Made by a program: the position numbers and the translations under genes. Positions 35,391-45,154 of a stretch of DNA of 64,000 nucleotides are shown here, in pieces. The notes under the pieces are model-generated. The model did not search any database. It was not told where the DNA came from and was given only the letters and a program-made list of their open reading frames with translations. Origin of the DNA: a virus (Duplodnaviria > Heunggongvirae > Uroviricota > Caudoviricetes); the IMG/VR virus record IMGVR_UViG_3300042256_000013, positions 160,001 to 224,000 of that record; one strand, given 5' to 3'. Position 1 is the first letter of the stretch. Every line of letters starts with the position of its first letter.

Positions 35391-36005
35391 TTAAACAGTA
35401 ATTTTTCTTGATTCTTCCAGTGCTTTGTAATACGCTGCTTTTGCTATCGGATTAGATTCAATAACACTGAGTGCATCCGAATTAGGAACACCAGCGAAGA
35501 TTTGTTGTGTACTATTTACTGTTTCAAAACCTTGACGAACTTCATGAAGGGTACGAGGGAAGAAATTCATGAAAGAACTATCCACTGATACGTTCATATA
35601 TTCTAATCCACTTACTGATTCAGTATGAACATGTCCATGAATATTCTTTTTTCCACGCAATTCTTCAGGATGAATAGGTGCATGTGATAACCAAAACTCT
35701 TTATACTTCATGAGTGCGTGAACTTCATCGAATGTTTCACAAAGTTTCTTAGTACTGATATATTCTGAACAGTGATTGCCAAGAATCAGAATTTTTGTAC
35801 CAGGAAGTTCTTTGAAGAACGGAAGATATTTTTCATCAAAGACTGCATCTCCTAAGATAAACATCGTATCACGTTTTTTGCAAGTTTCTGCAAGGATGTA
35901 TTGAAAGTACAAGTCATTATGTAAAGTACTTTCAAAGACTGGACGGTATTTCCAGATATTTTTGTGACCCATATGGGTATCAGCGATAAAACGAGGGGTA
36001 CTCAT
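35391..36005 (-). CDS. Calcineurin-like metallophosphoesterase
   Basis: ADTHMGH, LGD, LGNH, LSHAP, IHGHVH. Confidence 0.9.
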   Translation of the reverse strand: MSTPRFIADTHMGHKNIWKYRPVFESTLHNDLYFQYILAETCKKRDTMFILGDAVFDEKYLPFFKELPGTKILILGNHCSEYISTKKLCETFDEVHALMKYKEFWLSHAPIHPEELRGKKNIHGHVHTESVSGLEYMNVSVDSSFMNFFPRTLHEVRQGFETVNSTQQIFAGVPNSDALSVIESNPIAKAAYYKALEESRKITV

Positions 36006-36024
36006 AATAACTTTCCAAATAAGA

Positions 36025-36045
36025 AAAGGGAACCTAAGTTCCCTT
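36025..36045 (-). terminator. Intrinsic terminator
   Basis: aagggaac-ttag-gttcccttt. Confidence 0.7.
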
Positions 36046-36052
36046 ATATAAA

Positions 36053-36784
36053 TTAGCAACCACTTACATAGATGCTATAAACAGCAATACCAGTATCAAC
36101 AGTTACGTTCATCATACCAGTTTTAGTGAATCCCATTGACTTAGTTTCAGCACTGGATACGCGGTTCAATGCTTGGAACACACGGTCAATTGGATAACCA
36201 TAACCTTTTGTTAGTTCACCTTCAGTTTTAGAGAACTGAATAGTACCTGTATGGTTGTTTTTATCTTTTTCACCAACGTAGAAATGTAAGCTGTCATCCT
36301 CAGTGTAGGGAGTGACTAAAGCAGAGAAAGATTTAAACACACCTGAGAAGCTTTTTAGTTCATTGACCTTAGCGGCACTAGGTGTAACCTGTACATCGTA
36401 TGGTTGGTCAGTGAATCGTGGTTGGGTTGGGATATATTTTTCCGCAACTACAAGATAGTTGGTATTAGCTTCGTCGGAATTGAAAGTTAGGCTTTTAACA
36501 ACACCATCTTTCGCATTCACGCCGATTTTAGTACTTTCAGTCTTATAGACGTTTAGGTTCAATAGACCTTGAAGCATTCCAAGATTACCAATACCGAAAC
36601 GACCAATAACTTCAGGTACGTTTTCTTTAGTATGTGCTCGCATAACTAAATTTTTGTCAGAAGTATAAGCTTCCATATAAACACGTTGGCCTTCGCCGCG
36701 ATCTTCGCTTGAAATAGCGATACAATCAAAATCAATTCCAGCGGTGGTGTTTACCAGGTCGCGTAGTACGTCACGTAATTCCAT
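36053..36784 (-). CDS. DNA sliding clamp (T4 gp45-like), putative
   Basis: 243 aa, two-domain alpha/beta pattern, FGIGNLGMLQGLL, C-terminal GMMNVTVDTGIAVYSI; near gp43. Confidence 0.6.
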   Translation of the reverse strand: MELRDVLRDLVNTTAGIDFDCIAISSEDRGEGQRVYMEAYTSDKNLVMRAHTKENVPEVIGRFGIGNLGMLQGLLNLNVYKTESTKIGVNAKDGVVKSLTFNSDEANTNYLVVAEKYIPTQPRFTDQPYDVQVTPSAAKVNELKSFSGVFKSFSALVTPYTEDDSLHFYVGEKDKNNHTGTIQFSKTEGELTKGYGYPIDRVFQALNRVSSAETKSMGFTKTGMMNVTVDTGIAVYSIYVSGC

Positions 36785-36814
36785 TTGTTAATTCTCCATG
36801 TTGTTAACGGGTAC

Positions 36815-36843
36815 ATTATACCATATAATTTCTACCCGTTCCA
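36815..36843 (-). promoter_or_regulatory. Phage promoter TGGAAC-N17-TATAAT
   Basis: tggaac gggtagaaattatatgg tataat. Confidence 0.8.
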
Positions 36844-36848
36844 TATTT

Positions 36849-37409
36849 TTAAATATTTCTTGGTGATTCAGTATTTTTAGCAATTTGGTTTAGTATATTA
36901 GTCATACCTGATAATTTTTCATCGGTTTTGTCATTTGCAATATTACAACGATCAATAAACGATTGATAAAGGTCAATACTATAACTATAATCTAAATCAG
37001 CAGTATTGTTTGTATAGAATCCTTTACCTGAATATGAATTACCAGCATCACTTACTGTTTTACCTGTATACTTTGTCCAATCTGGATCTCCAGTACTGGT
37101 TCCATAAGTATATAATGGGTTATGGTCGTTATAATACCAAATTCCAGGGTCAGGTTTACGGAAAGGGTTTTGTTCATTATAAGGCCACTGTTTTTCTTTC
37201 GTTGGCACTTCAACAACCTTGATTACTTCTTTTGTTTTTTGTTCGATCTTAAACAGGGCGACGACTTTATCGCCCTCTTTGATAGATCCAACCTTTGTAA
37301 AGCCTGCTTTAGTTAGTACATCTTCTTCATGTTTGTTTTCAGCACGAATAATATCGTGCTTACCGTTAGAAAGAAGTGCTTCACCAATGCGTTCATAAAT
37401 GTTAGACAT
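36849..37409 (-). CDS. Hypothetical protein ending in a tape-measure-like C-terminal motif
   Basis: C-terminus ILNQIAKNTESPRNI vs ILRQIAENTEPPRNV of 50012-52174. Confidence 0.7.
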   Translation of the reverse strand: MSNIYERIGEALLSNGKHDIIRAENKHEEDVLTKAGFTKVGSIKEGDKVVALFKIEQKTKEVIKVVEVPTKEKQWPYNEQNPFRKPDPGIWYYNDHNPLYTYGTSTGDPDWTKYTGKTVSDAGNSYSGKGFYTNNTADLDYSYSIDLYQSFIDRCNIANDKTDEKLSGMTNILNQIAKNTESPRNI

Positions 37410-37421
37410 ATTTTATTCCTT

Positions 37422-40400
37422 TTAATCCCAATGAATCATGCCAGTGTTTAATTCAATGGAGCTTTTTTCTTCTATTGCTATATCCATATCCAGAATACCG
37501 AAGATATTACCCAATTTTTTTGTTAGTACTGCTAATTCCATAGCATCATCATCGAACGGAAGTTCTAGATACCATTCAGGTAAGTAATCTACGCAGTCAA
37601 TTGGATAACCAATCTTCTTAATACCAAGTGGATTAGGTTTTAGATCACAAACAATTACTTTAGTACCATCTGTTGCTTCTGGAACTGATTTATCATCGTT
37701 CAAATCACGAAGTTTGTTCCATTGAATAGCGGCTAGTACGTGTCCAACCTTACATTTACCTGTATCCTGGTATTCTTTCTCTTTATTGGTATAGTTTTTC
37801 ACTGTTTTTGGTGAACCTTTCTCAATACTTGGCTTGTCTTTGAATTGTTTCTTGAAAGTACGAACACGAGTACGTAGTTCTTCTTCAGTCTCACCAACCA
37901 ATAATGCAACTAGAGTCTCTTCTAAGAAGTTCTGGATGTATTTCGGTGTGTCTGAACGTTTAATTTCAAGACCCATAGCTTTGATTTTACCAGGTTTACC
38001 ATCCACATCTAAACGGAACCCATCTTCCCAATATTTTAAAATAGCATAACGCTTCTTCTTCAAGAATAAACCACGAGAACCAACCATTTCTAAGTCAGCA
38101 CCAACGATTTTACCCTTTTCAATACCAGTATTAAAGGTTTCGTCCATAAATTCAGGGAATGATGCACCTACAGTGTCACCAATCATTTGATAAAGTTCTA
38201 CAACTTCATCTTTAGACATTTCAAATGGAATGTCGTTCTCTTTATAGTAGTGTGCTACACTGAAATACACGGAATCGGTATCACCGTATACTACTACACC
38301 ACCACTATGATCGTATGTCTCAGTACATACTTCATTAATCTTACTCGCCATGTGTTTAGTCATGCTACGACCAGTTAATGTAACTGATTGTCCAAGACGT
38401 TTGTCGAAGAAACGAGAACCTTTGTTCAACAACGCACCATATAGGGAGTTTAGAAGAATTTTACGTATCTGTTGGTTCTGTTTCCAGAACGCAGACTGAG
38501 TTTTACAGTACTTCTTATCAGAATCCATCACAAATACATGACCATTCTCAAGACGCATACCGTTATCCGCAATAATCTTAGCAAGTTCAGCATAATTCTT
38601 GTCTGCAAGAGCTAAACGCATAAGATATACTGGATCACCTTCGTGTAAGTTCGTTTTATGAATACCAGAACCAATTTCTAACGATTTTAGTACTTCTTCC
38701 AGTTCATGTAAAGCAGTTTCTGGCATTTCCCATCCATCTGTTGCCAAATGTTTGTAGTCAATAACCATTTTCTGTTGTGCTTTACGTTCAGAGTACCACA
38801 TAGTAAGGATTTCTGGAATTACACCGTACTTAGTCTTATCAAATAGAGTACCATTCGCACTTAGAACAATAGAACTATCTTCTCCAAAGATAATATCATG
38901 CAATTCTGCACCTGTAGCTTGGAAACTTGTTCCATCTTCGAGATCTACAGTAATAATTTCGTTAGATTTCTCACGAACCATTGTAAATTCGATACTTGCG
39001 AACAAACCATGCCATGCTTCAGTATATTTCGGCTCAAATCGACCTTTTCCACGATAACGCTGACGTTGTTCTTCAATACGTGCTGCAAGATACGCTTCTG
39101 TATACGTTTGACGTAACTGTCCAAGAATACATTCAGTACTCATACCTAATGCACGAAGAACTGTTGGATATAGTGAGTTAAAGTCAGTACATCCTAACCA
39201 ATCAATCAATCCTAGTACTGGATCTTGTACCCAAGCACCAGCAGCTTTAGAACCTTTTGGTTGTTCGTCTTCATCATCTTCATCATCATCAAAATCCATT
39301 TCATAATCTTGATAATCATAACCTTCTTCTTCTTCATCAAGTTTACGCTTATTGAATACTACTTCACCACGTTGGTGAGCCAAGTTGATGATTGCTGTAT
39401 CAATTAGAGCTACTGAACCCATTGTAGTACTGATAAGTACGCATTCTTTATGTGCTAATCGGTTATGCAGGTTAATGAAGTCCATTTTCTCGTCGATTTT
39501 CTTCAACAAGATACTATCCTGTTTAGAATAACGCAAGAATGTCATGTAATCTTCACGATATAACTTATCCAAAGACCCTTCATAGGATACTTTGTTCTCA
39601 CCAGTTACTTTCTCGGCAATATAATCGAGTTTATATGACTGTTCTACTTGTCCAGCATGTTTCTTATAAAGAGCTAGATAGTCTAGGTGAACACGTCCAA
39701 CTAAATCATAGGTTACAATGGTTTTACCGAACATATCTGCTTCGCGAGCATTAGGTTTCTTGTTCCATAAGCACCAGCGAGCAAGAGTAGCTTCATTAAA
39801 GAGCTTTCTTGTGCGGTTTACCATGTATGGAATATCAAAAAACTCACTATTCCAACCAGATAGAATGTCACCATCTTCAATTAATTCAAAGAAAGTTTCA
39901 AACATCTCAGATTCTTCAGTATAAAGGATTACTGTACTGTTTGGATCGTTTGTTTCCGCATTTAGGCGGTTAATAATGTCCTGAGCTTCATGAATTTCCA
40001 TATCAGAAGGTGCCATTGTAAGAACATAATCCTTACCTGTCCAACTTTGATATAAAGAAATAGCTGTTACTCGGTTGAATGGATCGCTCGGCTGAGCATA
40101 TCCGAATTTAGGGTGAAAGTCTGTTTCAATATCGAAGAATGCGATATTAAGATCAGGAGATGACTTACCCATGTAGTGTTTTGCAAGGGTTTTAAATGTA
40201 ACATTACAATCTGCTTCATAAATCTTCACAGAAAGCGGCAATGATTCCATTTGTTTTTTCATATCTGAATAGCGGGAGAATTCAAACTTCTCGGCAAGAG
40301 TACCGTTGATAGTTTTATGTTCACCACGTGGAGATTCTACATAATACTCGTATACTGGCTCAATTTCTCGTAGGACACGACGACCATTAATACGTTCAGC

Positions 40401-40454
40401 AACATGCAGTACTTCTCCAGTACGCTTTCTATCCATATATCCATCTATATACAT
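37422..40454 (-). CDS. Family B DNA polymerase (T4 gp43-like)
   Basis: FFDIET, GWNSEFFDIPY, DFNSLYP, KILLNSLYG, YGDTDS, KKRY. Confidence 0.97.
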   Translation of the reverse strand: MYIDGYMDRKRTGEVLHVAERINGRRVLREIEPVYEYYVESPRGEHKTINGTLAEKFEFSRYSDMKKQMESLPLSVKIYEADCNVTFKTLAKHYMGKSSPDLNIAFFDIETDFHPKFGYAQPSDPFNRVTAISLYQSWTGKDYVLTMAPSDMEIHEAQDIINRLNAETNDPNSTVILYTEESEMFETFFELIEDGDILSGWNSEFFDIPYMVNRTRKLFNEATLARWCLWNKKPNAREADMFGKTIVTYDLVGRVHLDYLALYKKHAGQVEQSYKLDYIAEKVTGENKVSYEGSLDKLYREDYMTFLRYSKQDSILLKKIDEKMDFINLHNRLAHKECVLISTTMGSVALIDTAIINLAHQRGEVVFNKRKLDEEEEGYDYQDYEMDFDDDEDDEDEQPKGSKAAGAWVQDPVLGLIDWLGCTDFNSLYPTVLRALGMSTECILGQLRQTYTEAYLAARIEEQRQRYRGKGRFEPKYTEAWHGLFASIEFTMVREKSNEIITVDLEDGTSFQATGAELHDIIFGEDSSIVLSANGTLFDKTKYGVIPEILTMWYSERKAQQKMVIDYKHLATDGWEMPETALHELEEVLKSLEIGSGIHKTNLHEGDPVYLMRLALADKNYAELAKIIADNGMRLENGHVFVMDSDKKYCKTQSAFWKQNQQIRKILLNSLYGALLNKGSRFFDKRLGQSVTLTGRSMTKHMASKINEVCTETYDHSGGVVVYGDTDSVYFSVAHYYKENDIPFEMSKDEVVELYQMIGDTVGASFPEFMDETFNTGIEKGKIVGADLEMVGSRGLFLKKKRYAILKYWEDGFRLDVDGKPGKIKAMGLEIKRSDTPKYIQNFLEETLVALLVGETEEELRTRVRTFKKQFKDKPSIEKGSPKTVKNYTNKEKEYQDTGKCKVGHVLAAIQWNKLRDLNDDKSVPEATDGTKVIVCDLKPNPLGIKKIGYPIDCVDYLPEWYLELPFDDDAMELAVLTKKLGNIFGILDMDIAIEEKSSIELNTGMIHWD

Positions 40455-40484
40455 CTTATCTCCTTATAATTACGTACTTAAAAC

Positions 40485-40509
40485 TAAAGCCCCATCCATT
40501 GGGGCTTTA
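40485..40509 (-). terminator. Hairpin/terminator
   Basis: taaagcccca-atgga-tggggcttta (minus strand). Confidence 0.65.
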
Positions 40510-40513
40510 TTTA

Positions 40514-40819
40514 TTACTCGTCTTCGTCTTCCATTGCAGCCAAGTTACCAGAAACGGTAAGAATGGTTTCAACTTCGTCCTGATCACGAACTTTATCGAA
40601 GAAGTCTTGCTTATAGATACGCATCGCAGCAGATTTCAATTTAGACTTGTCAAGCCCTAATTCATCTGCTAAAGTATCCATGAAATCAGCATACGATTCT
40701 TTAATCGTATCAAGGTGCGTCAACTGTACTACCGCAGAATTCAAGCCATCTTTGAGTTTTTTGCGTTGTGCGTCATTTAACTCATGAGCTTCAATTTTAG
40801 ATTCGGTTTTCTTAGTCAT
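40514..40819 (-). CDS. DsbA-like double-stranded DNA-binding protein
   Basis: Helical 101 aa, ADELGLDKSKL....RIYKQDF, as in the T4 DsbA family. Confidence 0.6.
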   Translation of the reverse strand: MTKKTESKIEAHELNDAQRKKLKDGLNSAVVQLTHLDTIKESYADFMDTLADELGLDKSKLKSAAMRIYKQDFFDKVRDQDEVETILTVSGNLAAMEDEDE

Positions 40820-40839
40820 TTGTGTATTTCTCCATGTAT

Positions 40840-40872
40840 AAAAAAAGCACCCTAACTCTCCGTTAGGATGCC
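40840..40872 (-). terminator. Intrinsic terminator overlapping the start site of the 40876-40904 promoter
   Basis: gcatcctaac-ggaga-gttagggtgc-ttttttt on the minus strand. Confidence 0.7.
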
Positions 40873-40875
40873 TAC

Positions 40876-40904
40876 ATTATAGCACAGGAATTTTCCCCGT
40901 TTCA
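40876..40904 (-). promoter_or_regulatory. Phage promoter TGAAAC-N17-TATAAT
   Basis: tgaaac ggggaaaattcctgtgc tataat. Confidence 0.8.
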
Positions 40905-41348
40905 CATATTTTTCATTTTTTCGTAAATCGAAATGTATCTTTCTTTCAATTCAGATAGCATTTTGGTGTTTTTTACCAAGGTATAGTACTGAATATCAAG
41001 AGATAGCTTATACAACTGATTTTCGTAATTCTCAACTACATGTTCAACAATTCTTCCATCAATAAAATTCCAAGACCAAACTCCTTTTTCAAAGAAATCA
41101 GTTGGTATTTCATTTAATTGCATTTCATAAAAATAAAAATTAGATGGACTCAACATACTTACATCAAATGATGCTTGTGAAATATAGTTATTTGAATCTA
41201 CCATGATTTTTAAAGTTTCAGGTCTTACGGTCTTCATGAACTCAGTCCAATCTACGCCATCTTCGTTTCTATAATGATGAACCTTATATGAATTATTACC
41301 ATCAATGATAATTTCAGGAACATCAAGTTCGTATTCATAGAACAACAT
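40902..41348 (-). CDS. Tail fibre assembly chaperone-like protein
   Basis: RNEDGVDWTEF...KIMVDSNNYI...DVSMLSP...W.FIDGRIV; directly after a tail fibre gene. Confidence 0.65.
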   Translation of the reverse strand: MLFYEYELDVPEIIIDGNNSYKVHHYRNEDGVDWTEFMKTVRPETLKIMVDSNNYISQASFDVSMLSPSNFYFYEMQLNEIPTDFFEKGVWSWNFIDGRIVEHVVENYENQLYKLSLDIQYYTLVKNTKMLSELKERYISIYEKMKNM

Positions 41349-41358
41349 AAAAAAATCC

Positions 41359-42939
41359 TTATAGTTTAGTTACAGTTTGCCAGATTCCACTAACAAGCTT
41401 TTGTAATGGTGCAGATAGTAATACTTGGTTTGAATCGCTTGCAAAACCACCACCAACCATAACATTACCATCAGGTACAGAGAATACACCCTCACCGTGA
41501 CGTTCATTAAGTGTAGCACCTAATCTAACATCTTGTACAGCCCCAACTACTAACGTTACATTACCGTTAGAATCTGCTAATGTATTGTTTACTGAACGGA
41601 CAATGTTTCTTCCAGCTACAGTAGCACTAGTACCAGATACTGATAATCCAACACTGGTTAATATACCTGCACTGGTTACAGTAACTTCTGGACCGCCTGC
41701 CGCACGTAATCTTAATGTATTATTTGTTGAATTATGATATATAGCGGCACGTTCTCCGCCGGAACCATCTCTAAACCATAGTAATAAGTTAGTATCATTT
41801 GCTTGAATTGTAGCACTGTTAGCAATTGTCAATGAACCGGACATTACATCACCCGATTTTAATACATAACGAGCATCACCAGCACTTTGATTTAATGCAA
41901 GGCTTGGTTCTGCAATATTATATAAAAAGGCTACATTAAAATGATTAACATCAATTCCAGATAATGTATGAGTATGTGTTGTTGTATTACCATTAGGATA
42001 AATTGGATAAGTAGTACTTAAAGCTGTTCTTGAATCTGATCCATTTACAGAAGAAGTTCTTCTTGATTGTATATTACCAGATATTTGAACTCCTTGATAA
42101 GAAATTCCGTCATTCCAAGTTTTTCCACTTATGAATATACCATCATCACCTTCACTACCAGATAGACCTAACATCATACCAGTACCATGATAATGCAAAG
42201 GCATATCTATGCTGGTTGAATTGATGCTACCTGAACCAGTAATAACTGCATCAATTTTTGTTACTCCGCTGGTAGTTATGCTTTTTAAATAAGCTTCCTG
42301 ATTCAAATTAGGAACTATTTTAGTTACAGGAGTAGTCCCATTCCATGTCCACCATAAACCATCAGCAAAACACCATCCAGTTTTTGTAACATATGGATTG
42401 GCTTGAGTACCATTTCTTCCGGTTTGACCACCAGTTACTCCACTCAATTGTTCACGAATACTGGCAACCGATTGTCCAGACATTAAAGCATATTGCATTA
42501 TACTACCTGGAGGTGATGAAGTAAACAACCCCGGAATAGCAGGATCTACCCCACCAGAATCACTAGGAAATATAATATTCAAATTAGTTCCGCTTATACT
42601 TGCACTTGCAATAGTATTTGAACTATATGTTACTGTACTTACACGTTCATCTAATTGGTTATAAATGTCAGTCAATGAAATATTAACTGGAGCTAAAATA
42701 TCTGCTTGAGATAGTAATTCTATCCATGAAATTCCATCATGATATTTTAATGTTTTTGAAGTAGTATCGAAAACTACTGCACCAGCCTCACCGATTGGAA
42801 GAATCTTATTAGGAAAAACTACTGATGAAGCATTAAGTCTTAAAGGACGTGGAACTGTCGGGGTTCCACCTTCAACAACAAAACTAGCTGTATCAGTACT
42901 CGTCATAGTGTTACTGGCGTGATTAAATCTTATACTCAT
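41359..42939 (-). CDS. Tail fibre protein
   Basis: Collar-like segment, HYH and HTH motifs, YVLKSGDVMSGSL, VRSVN..LADSNGNVTL, VQDVRLGA. Confidence 0.8.
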   Translation of the reverse strand: MSIRFNHASNTMTSTDTASFVVEGGTPTVPRPLRLNASSVVFPNKILPIGEAGAVVFDTTSKTLKYHDGISWIELLSQADILAPVNISLTDIYNQLDERVSTVTYSSNTIASASISGTNLNIIFPSDSGGVDPAIPGLFTSSPPGSIMQYALMSGQSVASIREQLSGVTGGQTGRNGTQANPYVTKTGWCFADGLWWTWNGTTPVTKIVPNLNQEAYLKSITTSGVTKIDAVITGSGSINSTSIDMPLHYHGTGMMLGLSGSEGDDGIFISGKTWNDGISYQGVQISGNIQSRRTSSVNGSDSRTALSTTYPIYPNGNTTTHTHTLSGIDVNHFNVAFLYNIAEPSLALNQSAGDARYVLKSGDVMSGSLTIANSATIQANDTNLLLWFRDGSGGERAAIYHNSTNNTLRLRAAGGPEVTVTSAGILTSVGLSVSGTSATVAGRNIVRSVNNTLADSNGNVTLVVGAVQDVRLGATLNERHGEGVFSVPDGNVMVGGGFASDSNQVLLSAPLQKLVSGIWQTVTKL

Positions 42940-42981
42940 ATAAATCAGTCCTCACGTTTATATTATAGAGATATTTATGAA

Positions 42982-43293
42982 TTATTCTTGAGCTTCATCA
43001 AGATCATCCTTAACACCATCTATCATATTAGCAGCAAGCTTCTTAGGCATCTTATACCACTCTTTACCAGTACCTTGTTTTGCATTCATCTGCTTCAATC
43101 GTTTATTAACTTCTTTTTCGGCAGCTTTAGCATCTTCAAATTGTACTTCATGATAGACTTCATAATCTCTAAATGGAGAACCAGTCTGATAAGTACTTAA
43201 TCGTGTCTTCATTTCTTCTTTTGATGTAAATCCAATCTTAACCCATTCAGGCCATGCTTGATTCACTATTACGTAACAGATTTGATTTGCCAT
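42982..43293 (-). CDS. GIY-YIG / T5orf172-domain protein
   Basis: CYVIVN...WVKIGFT...RL..YQTGSP, AEKEV, KEWY. Confidence 0.8.
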   Translation of the reverse strand: MANQICYVIVNQAWPEWVKIGFTSKEEMKTRLSTYQTGSPFRDYEVYHEVQFEDAKAAEKEVNKRLKQMNAKQGTGKEWYKMPKKLAANMIDGVKDDLDEAQE

Positions 43294-43322
43294 GTTGGTT
43301 CCCCTCTAATTTAGTGGGGTAT

Positions 43323-43751
43323 TTATCCACGCAGAATCTGTACTTTTACACCATGATTATTTAAATTTTGTAGTACTGGATTCGAATTCAACATTTCTCG
43401 TACAGGTACGGGAGTGTTAATCTCATTTACTTGAGATGAACCAAAAGTTATTCCAGGTGCATCGTTCAACATAGGAGCACCTGGATTATCACGAGCAAGT
43501 TTACCTTGATAGTACTGAATATATTGTTCATATGTCATTTCTTGAATATCTGAACTCATAACGTCATTGACATAACGGTTCATATCGTAGTATACTGTTT
43601 CAAACCCACAACAAAGTACTCCTAAATCCTCAATGTATCCAACCATTTTGTATTCTTGGAATAATACTTCAAATCTACTGTACACACTACGATGATATTC
43701 TTGTTTAGTGTTAAGATACACTACGACTATTGAATCTGGCTTAATGATCAT
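43323..43751 (-). CDS. Hypothetical protein
   Basis: Start moved to MIIKPDS (RBS ggag) because the track start overlaps the promoter. Confidence 0.6.
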   Translation of the reverse strand: MIIKPDSIVVVYLNTKQEYHRSVYSRFEVLFQEYKMVGYIEDLGVLCCGFETVYYDMNRYVNDVMSSDIQEMTYEQYIQYYQGKLARDNPGAPMLNDAPGITFGSSQVNEINTPVPVREMLNSNPVLQNLNNHGVKVQILRG

Positions 43752-43766
43752 ATTATTGTCTCCATG

Positions 43767-43795
43767 ATTATAGCACAAAATGTGCCATCGTTTCA
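43767..43795 (-). promoter_or_regulatory. Phage promoter TGAAAC-N17-TATAAT
   Basis: tgaaac gatggcacattttgtgc tataat. Confidence 0.8.
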
Positions 43796-43831
43796 CCATA
43801 ATGCTATTTACTTTCTAACTTTCAGAAACGC

Positions 43832-43859
43832 AAAAAGGACGCATAAGCGTCCTTTTTTT
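43832..43859 (-). terminator. Terminator after the major capsid gene
   Basis: aaaaaggacgc-ataa-gcgtcctttttt. Confidence 0.85.
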
Positions 43860-43901
43860 GTTTTAAACATCAGATTTATTTAAATCTAAATGGTCACTTC
43901 A

Positions 43902-45077
43902 TTACATGAAGGTTACGTTGCGGATTGCAATTTTGCTGTAGTAGTCAGCAGCGTTACCAAGAGATGAAGTACTGTCAGTTAGTTGTACATAGCCATAACG
44001 AGTTAGGAAGCTAGTTACTAGTTCACCAGTGTTAGGGTCCATTACAGTACCAGATGCCATCAATGGGATGTATGGGCAGTAGAATGCACCAGCATCAGTT
44101 TCTTGAGAACCTTTGTAACCGATTAGTACATCAGTACTGTCATCAGCATAGGTATCTACATAAACACGCATTGTGGAGTTTAGTACACCAACGAATTTAA
44201 CGTTAGTTGGAGCTTCGAATACACCTTCAGTAGTACGAGCAAAACTAGAAGTAGTTGCAGACTGAAGAATAGTTAGAGCAGTTGGAGAAACAACGGCCCA
44301 GTTTGCAGCACCACGTTTAGTACGGCGAGCAACTTCGTTAGCTTGACGGTTGATTAGGGTAGCTAGAGCAGCATGTTCATCACCAACGAATGTAGCAACA
44401 CCAGTTACTTTAGATTGGTCATAAACAACAGCAGCAGCACCTGGTAGAGCACGTAGACGAGCCAATAGTTCTTGGTCGATCTCAGTAGTGATTTCTTGTG
44501 CGATTGCAGCCATTAGTTCAGCTTCAACGTCAATGCCGTGTTGTGCTTGTGCATCTTGTGCAGATTCAACAGTCCAACGAGCAGATAGACGACGAGATTG
44601 AGCTTCTACGGTTTCACGTAGAATACGGATGTTTACGCGACGACCCATAACACCTTCTAGTTGAGAAGTAGGTGCAGCACGTGGTGCAGTGTTATCAGAG
44701 TTGATTTCACCAGTATAAGATTTTGCAATCTTGTATGGAGAAAGTGCTTCTTCACCAGCAACAACGCCTGGAGCATTATCAGCATATTGTACACGTAGAG
44801 TGTGGATTTGACCAACTGGACCAGTCATTGGTTGAACACCAATAATTTCGTTAGCAATAACGGTTGGCATAACACGACGGATAATTGGTAGAATTACTTT
44901 GTTTAGTGTTGCAATGTTACCAGCAGAAGTTGCACCAGCGGTAGCAGATTCGCGTAGCATTACTTTACGTTGGTTATCAAGAACTGCTTCCATAACAGTT
45001 TTACGATTACCATTTAGACCTTCAACAAGCTTATCTTTTACAGCAGCCCATTTAGATTCAGTTAATAGTTGTGACAT
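43902..45077 (-). CDS. Major capsid protein (T4 gp23-like)
   Basis: IIRRVMP.VIANEIIGVQPMTGPVGQI, RRLSARWT.E.AQD, GAFYCPYIPL, TRYG; start MSQLLTES with RBS aaggag; GATAAATA at 45122-45129. Confidence 0.97.
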   Translation of the reverse strand: MSQLLTESKWAAVKDKLVEGLNGNRKTVMEAVLDNQRKVMLRESATAGATSAGNIATLNKVILPIIRRVMPTVIANEIIGVQPMTGPVGQIHTLRVQYADNAPGVVAGEEALSPYKIAKSYTGEINSDNTAPRAAPTSQLEGVMGRRVNIRILRETVEAQSRRLSARWTVESAQDAQAQHGIDVEAELMAAIAQEITTEIDQELLARLRALPGAAAVVYDQSKVTGVATFVGDEHAALATLINRQANEVARRTKRGAANWAVVSPTALTILQSATTSSFARTTEGVFEAPTNVKFVGVLNSTMRVYVDTYADDSTDVLIGYKGSQETDAGAFYCPYIPLMASGTVMDPNTGELVTSFLTRYGYVQLTDSTSSLGNAADYYSKIAIRNVTFM

Positions 45078-45154
45078 TATAATCTCCTTAAAAGATATTT
45101 TTTTGCTTTTCTGTATGCTTTTATTTATCACTCAGAAAAATTAGCATTTAATAA

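Noticed and set aside
42982-43293. GIY-YIG ORF as a mobile homing endonuclease
   Set aside because: Only 103 aa with no DNA-binding extension and no intron context; kept as a CDS
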